A stretch of 64,000 nucleotides of DNA from Spirochaetota bacterium (GTDB taxonomy: Bacteria > Spirochaetota > UBA4802 > UBA5550). Below the pieces are notes generated by a model, which saw only the letters and a list, made by a program, of their open reading frames with translations, was not told the origin of the DNA and made no database searches. Of this stretch, positions 59,736-64,000 are shown one piece after another. The DNA lies in the NCBI GenBank assembly GCA_050298055.1, contig JBNKTL010000007.1, positions 46,394-110,393 on the forward strand, written 5' to 3'. Made by a program: the position numbers and the translations under genes. The first letter of the stretch is position 1. Each line of letters begins with the position of its first letter.

Positions 59736-60592
59736 CTGTTAGCATAAATCAAATCAATTCTCATACGCTCCTTTACTGCATTTTCGGGAACCCGGTAAGA
59801 CACTCACTTTCACCTGTTATTCATAACCTCTCATTCAGGGAGAAGGATATCAACGCTGTTTACCTGGCTTTTGAACCCGAATCCATTGGCGACTCAATAA
59901 AAGCCATAAGGTCCCTGGGTATAGCAGGTGCCAGTGTAACCATACCCTTTAAAATTGATGCAATGAAATACCTGGATGAGCTCGATCCTCTGGCCCGACA
60001 TATTGGTTCAATCAATACAATTCACAACAACAAGGGTACGCTGAAGGGCTATAATACCGACGGCTATGGAGCGGTCACATCACTCAGGGACAACGATGTT
60101 GCCATGGACGGGTCAGTTTTTATCATAATCGGCAACGGCGGTTCTGCAAGGTCCATCGGATTTACAATCCTGCAGGAGGGGGGACAGGTTATCCTGGCAG
60201 GACGGAACCGGGAGAGGGTCGAGGCATTGAGAGATGATCTTCTGAAAACCGGTCCCGGGGTAAAAGCCGTTCTCCTGGATGAACTGAACAGTGATATCAT
60301 GCAAAATGTTGATGTTATTATAAACACAACTCCCATAGGGATGCACCCGGATGTAGATTCCATCCCCCTTCGGGAAGACCTTTTAAACGAAAAACATACG
60401 GTATTTGATATTGTCTATTCCCCGGAAAATACACGGCTTCTTAATGCAGCATCAGCAAAAGGATGCAGAATTATCAGGGGTCTCGATATGCTGATCAACC
60501 AGGGGATAAAACAGTTTGAAATATGGACCGGACAAACGGCACCGGTGGAGCTTATAAAAGAAGAAGTGAAAAAATTGATCTATTCGAGATAA
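59732..60592 (+). CDS. aroE: Shikimate dehydrogenase
   Basis: GNPV.HSLSP, VTIPFK, NTDG.G, GNGGSA, NTTPIGM, DIVY.P. Confidence 0.96.
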   Translation: MTVSINQINSHTLLYCIFGNPVRHSLSPVIHNLSFREKDINAVYLAFEPESIGDSIKAIRSLGIAGASVTIPFKIDAMKYLDELDPLARHIGSINTIHNNKGTLKGYNTDGYGAVTSLRDNDVAMDGSVFIIIGNGGSARSIGFTILQEGGQVILAGRNRERVEALRDDLLKTGPGVKAVLLDELNSDIMQNVDVIINTTPIGMHPDVDSIPLREDLLNEKHTVFDIVYSPENTRLLNAASAKGCRIIRGLDMLINQGIKQFEIWTGQTAPVELIKEEVKKLIYSR

Positions 60593-60598
60593 AGCCAC

Positions 60599-61909
60599 AT
60601 GGGGATTGAAAAACTCGATAAGTATATAAACAATGAAAATCTCACGGCATACGAGAACTATACCCTGGACAATATAAGGTCTCTCCTCTCTGCATTTGGA
60701 GATCCCCAGGACTCATTGAACATCATACACATTGCCGGGACAAATGGCAAGGGTTCGGTGGCCTTTATGCTGAACAGCATATTAATTGAATCCGGTTATA
60801 AAACAGGACTCTTTACGTCACCTCATCTTCTCAGAATTAATGAACGGATAAAGATCAACAACTGCGAAATATCTGATAATGACCTTGCCGGGTATACAGA
60901 TGAGAGCTGCGAAGTCATAGAAAAGCATGTAGGGATGGAGCCGACTTTTTTTGATATCATTACCCAGATCGCGTTGAAGTACTTCAGGGACAGGGGAACC
61001 GAAATTGTTATTCTGGAAACAGGGCTCGGGGGAAAGCTTGACTCTACAAATGTGGTGAAACCCCTTGTCTCAATTATTACCGATATATCCCTTGATCATA
61101 CTTCAACTCTTGGCGATAATATTAACAGTATAGTCTCTGAGAAAGCAGGGATAATTAAAGAGATGACACCTGTGGTTACAACAAATATAAACAACAATAC
61201 AGTTAAACTCCTTGCAGACAGGGCCGCGGAAATGGGTGCTGATTTTTTCTCCTGCAACAGGGATTTCAGGGCAGAGAATATAGGACAGTCAGGAAGAACT
61301 CTCTCATATGATTACAGCTTTGAAAACGAAAAAATCAGGAAAAAACTGGAAGGTGTGACTCTCAATACCTATGCTGACTTTCAGGTCAGGAACTCCTCTG
61401 CCGCAATTACCGCTCTTCTCCTTTTAGAAAAAGAATTTTCAGACATTACAGGTGATATGATTATCAGGGGATTATTGAAAGCAGAAATTCCGGGAAGGTT
61501 CCAGGTCCTTTCCGAAGACCCGTTAATTATCTTTGATCCTGCTCATAACCGGGAAGCTCTCACGGGTATTACCGGAATATTAAAAAAACACTTTGCTTCA
61601 AGAAAAATTACCGTTATTGTATCCCTGATGAAGGACAAGGATTACATTAAAATACTTGATACCATAAATGAATTAACCGGAAATATCATATATCTTCAGC
61701 AGGATGATCCCAGGGGATACAGGCCGTCCGAAGAGAATGACTACAAGAAGATCCCGGTCATTGTCGAAACGAAGAATGAGTTATTAAAAGAGCTTAAAAA
61801 GGCCTATGAAAAGGACGGTCTTTTTTTCTTTACCGGTTCTTTCAGGCTCTACAGGCTTGCATCTGAGTGTGCTGAAGAATTTAATAATCAGGGTGCCGGT
61901 AGTTTATGA
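60599..61909 (+). CDS. folC: Folylpolyglutamate/dihydrofolate synthase
   Basis: HIAGTNGKGS, TSPHL...ERI, ETGLGG.LDSTN, DH...LG, EKAGI, PGRF, D.AHN. Confidence 0.95.
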   Translation: MGIEKLDKYINNENLTAYENYTLDNIRSLLSAFGDPQDSLNIIHIAGTNGKGSVAFMLNSILIESGYKTGLFTSPHLLRINERIKINNCEISDNDLAGYTDESCEVIEKHVGMEPTFFDIITQIALKYFRDRGTEIVILETGLGGKLDSTNVVKPLVSIITDISLDHTSTLGDNINSIVSEKAGIIKEMTPVVTTNINNNTVKLLADRAAEMGADFFSCNRDFRAENIGQSGRTLSYDYSFENEKIRKKLEGVTLNTYADFQVRNSSAAITALLLLEKEFSDITGDMIIRGLLKAEIPGRFQVLSEDPLIIFDPAHNREALTGITGILKKHFASRKITVIVSLMKDKDYIKILDTINELTGNIIYLQQDDPRGYRPSEENDYKKIPVIVETKNELLKELKKAYEKDGLFFFTGSFRLYRLASECAEEFNNQGAGSL

Positions 61910-62868
61910 ATAGTGATCAACTAAAAGAACTGCTTCTGGAAACAAGAGATGCGCTTAAAAAAAATCTCGATGGATCGGAAAGCAGAGAAGAAACAGCTGA
62001 GAGATATAAACGGATACATGAAAAATTCACAGCTGTGAGTGAGAGCGTGGTGCCTCATGATGATGCCAGTATCATCAAAGGGCTCCTCCTCTGCAACAAT
62101 TCTGATAATTTCGCTAAACTAACAGCTCTCCATTCCTTTGATAACGGCTCATTCACCCTGGTTGACCACTCTGGAGACAGTAAACTTCTTGGCGGACTTC
62201 AGGAAATACTTAAAAAGGAAATTGATCTGAAATCCGGCAAAGACTACTTTGAGGTAAAAATTACAGAAAAAGAGAATCTTCTCTACATGCTTTACTGCTC
62301 GGTGGAAAAAATCGAAGACCGAACGGTTTTATTGTCCACAATCAGTTCTTCACACTATTTTGAAAAAAGCATGTTTATTCATGCATCAGGTATCATTGGG
62401 AAACTGTTCAGTTTGAACAGCAAGTTTAACCCCTTACCAGCTATTGATTTTTTTTCAGATATGCTTGATGAAATAGACAAAACCATCAGGGAAATGATTG
62501 ATTCGGGAACCGGGTTACTCGGGCATTATTATATTTGCAAAAGCATAGAAGACATATTTAAAGATTCATCATTTTCGACCTATTCAGATTTAACAGGCGT
62601 TATCATAAACCTGCTTAAAAACCACCACGGGAATGAATCAAAGATCTTCATCCTTTCACTGACACGTTTTTTTGTGCTGGAGACCTTCACGAAAGATCAT
62701 GAAGAGACCAATTATCTCAAGGGAAAGGTGAACATCATCTTCAATGAACTCCCCCTGCCCTATGAATTCATTATACTTGATCTCAGCGATTATACCTCTA
62801 TACAGAACCTGTGGGAGAAAATGTCCCTTTTTACCCGGTATGTTATGCAGGGAGATGTTTCTCCATGA
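61906..62868 (+). CDS. Hypothetical protein
   Basis: 320-aa ORF with ATGA overlaps to both neighbours. Confidence 0.72.
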   Translation: MNSDQLKELLLETRDALKKNLDGSESREETAERYKRIHEKFTAVSESVVPHDDASIIKGLLLCNNSDNFAKLTALHSFDNGSFTLVDHSGDSKLLGGLQEILKKEIDLKSGKDYFEVKITEKENLLYMLYCSVEKIEDRTVLLSTISSSHYFEKSMFIHASGIIGKLFSLNSKFNPLPAIDFFSDMLDEIDKTIREMIDSGTGLLGHYYICKSIEDIFKDSSFSTYSDLTGVIINLLKNHHGNESKIFILSLTRFFVLETFTKDHEETNYLKGKVNIIFNELPLPYEFIILDLSDYTSIQNLWEKMSLFTRYVMQGDVSP

Positions 62869-63374
62869 GACGCGCCCAGGTTGTTGTCATTGGCGCTTCA
62901 GATGACACTACCCATAAAGAAGAAGCATATCGTATTGGAGCACTGGTTGCAGAAAGAAACTGCACACTGCTTACCGGAGGCAGAGGCGGGATCATGGAGG
63001 CTGCTTCCCGGGGTGCTGCTGAAAATGGGGGTGAAGTAATCGGCATAATTCCCGGTGAGAGTTTTTCAGAAGCCAACAGGTACTGTACAACAGTTATCAA
63101 TACCGGTATAGGCTATGCCAGGAATAGTATTAATATCCTTTCAGGTGATATAATTATTGCGGTAGGCGGAAAATCCGGAACACTTACTGAACTTGCCTAT
63201 GCGTGGCAGTTTAATAAACCTGTAATCTGCTGTATGTTTGCAGACGGCTGGAGCAGCAGGTTTCCCGGCATAAAAGTCGATGACAGACCGGGTTCGGTTA
63301 TTTATGAGGCGGATAGCCCGGACCAGGTTGCTGTTTACCTGGATGAATTCCTGGGGCAGTTTAAATCAATGTGA
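62865..63374 (+). CDS. TIGR00725 / LOG-like nucleotide-binding protein
   Basis: TGGRGGIMEAA..GA, GIIPG, ARN, GG..GTLTE. Confidence 0.88.
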   Translation: MRRAQVVVIGASDDTTHKEEAYRIGALVAERNCTLLTGGRGGIMEAASRGAAENGGEVIGIIPGESFSEANRYCTTVINTGIGYARNSINILSGDIIIAVGGKSGTLTELAYAWQFNKPVICCMFADGWSSRFPGIKVDDRPGSVIYEADSPDQVAVYLDEFLGQFKSM

Positions 63375-63387
63375 ACAGCTCTCCGGG

Positions 63388-64000
63388 TTACAGGAGTTCT
63401 TCATCACTTTTTATTTTTATCCCCATTGGATTATCTACGGCATCATCATTCCATATTTTCTTAATAACATTTTTTATTTTCTGAACAGGATTTTTCTGCA
63501 TTGTATACTCGGAAACGCAGAGTGGATCTGAAAAGTTTATATTTACCGAATTCTTCATATGGGAGAGAAGGGAAAAGTCTTTTCCTGTTTCAATCTCCGG
63601 TTTATCTATATAGGATATTTCAATGGGCACAAGGACTATCTCAACCGTATGCCGGTAGATCGATTCAAGGATAATTTCAAAAAAATCATCAGGCACCGTT
63701 GTAATCCTGCTATTCGGATCGGGATTATTCTGAGGGAAATAGAGAACAGGTACGCCATGCTCTACCATAACAGAAATATATTCGCTCAGGGTTTCCTTAT
63801 AGATAATATTTGACAGCCTGTCCGGATCAACAATAAAACCCCCTGCAAGCTTTATAAGAAGTTTGTTCCTGGCAGAAGTAAAGATCTCCCTGTTAACGAA
63901 AAACCTGGGGAAAGGAAGACCCATTTTATTAATTGCATGAACAGCAATAAGGAAATCGTGAAGGTTCCTGAATGTGGGTAGATAGATAATGTTGGCCGAT
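63388..64000 (-). CDS. PlsB/GPAT-like acyltransferase-fold protein, degenerate (5' truncated by window)
   Basis: Frame open to window end: IIYLPTFRNLHDFL..GLPFP..KLAGGFIV..YFPQ..LVPIEISY. Confidence 0.6.
   Translation of the reverse strand, partial: SANIIYLPTFRNLHDFLIAVHAINKMGLPFPRFFVNREIFTSARNKLLIKLAGGFIVDPDRLSNIIYKETLSEYISVMVEHGVPVLYFPQNNPDPNSRITTVPDDFFEIILESIYRHTVEIVLVPIEISYIDKPEIETGKDFSLLSHMKNSVNINFSDPLCVSEYTMQKNPVQKIKNVIKKIWNDDAVDNPMGIKIKSDEELL

Overview
A 64-kb stretch of a bacterial chromosome, about 40% GC by eye. Gene content suggests a free-living spirochaete related to the Leptospirales (inference). It is mostly housekeeping. From left to right: aspS(3' end)-phoH-7TM/HD-ybeY-tilS-ftsH; recG; tRNA-Thr/tRNA-Tyr; a TolC-MacA-ABC ATPase trio with no permease; xerD-spoIID-queA; nif3-Zn ribbon-RNase H-like-recJ; ispF; trkAH; a GGDEF cyclase; aroQ/TPR/cinA/argS; a CHASE2 adenylate cyclase; a type II secretion cluster (gspC to gspN); and ispH-ubiA fusion-aroE-folC. 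Signals not explained by the ORF track: (1) a 28-bp dif-like XerC/XerD site at 29656-29683, with GGGNAGGG (KOPS-like) octamers mostly converging on it, and a second degenerate site directly repeated after the neighbouring GGDEF gene; (2) XerD-arm-like ACATAAT motifs clustered upstream of xerD; (3) a family of ~110-135-bp palindromic MITE/REP-like elements (four copies plus a collapsed footprint); (4) an internally deleted pseudogene at 38854-39179; (5) several apparently dead enzyme folds (HTH-RNase H coupled to a RecJ with a DnaQ-like relic insert, GcvH-like without lipoyl-Lys, PlsB-like without catalytic His, OmpA-like without peptidoglycan-binding residues). No CRISPR array, rRNA or transposase was seen. 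All family calls are by motif recognition, not database search.
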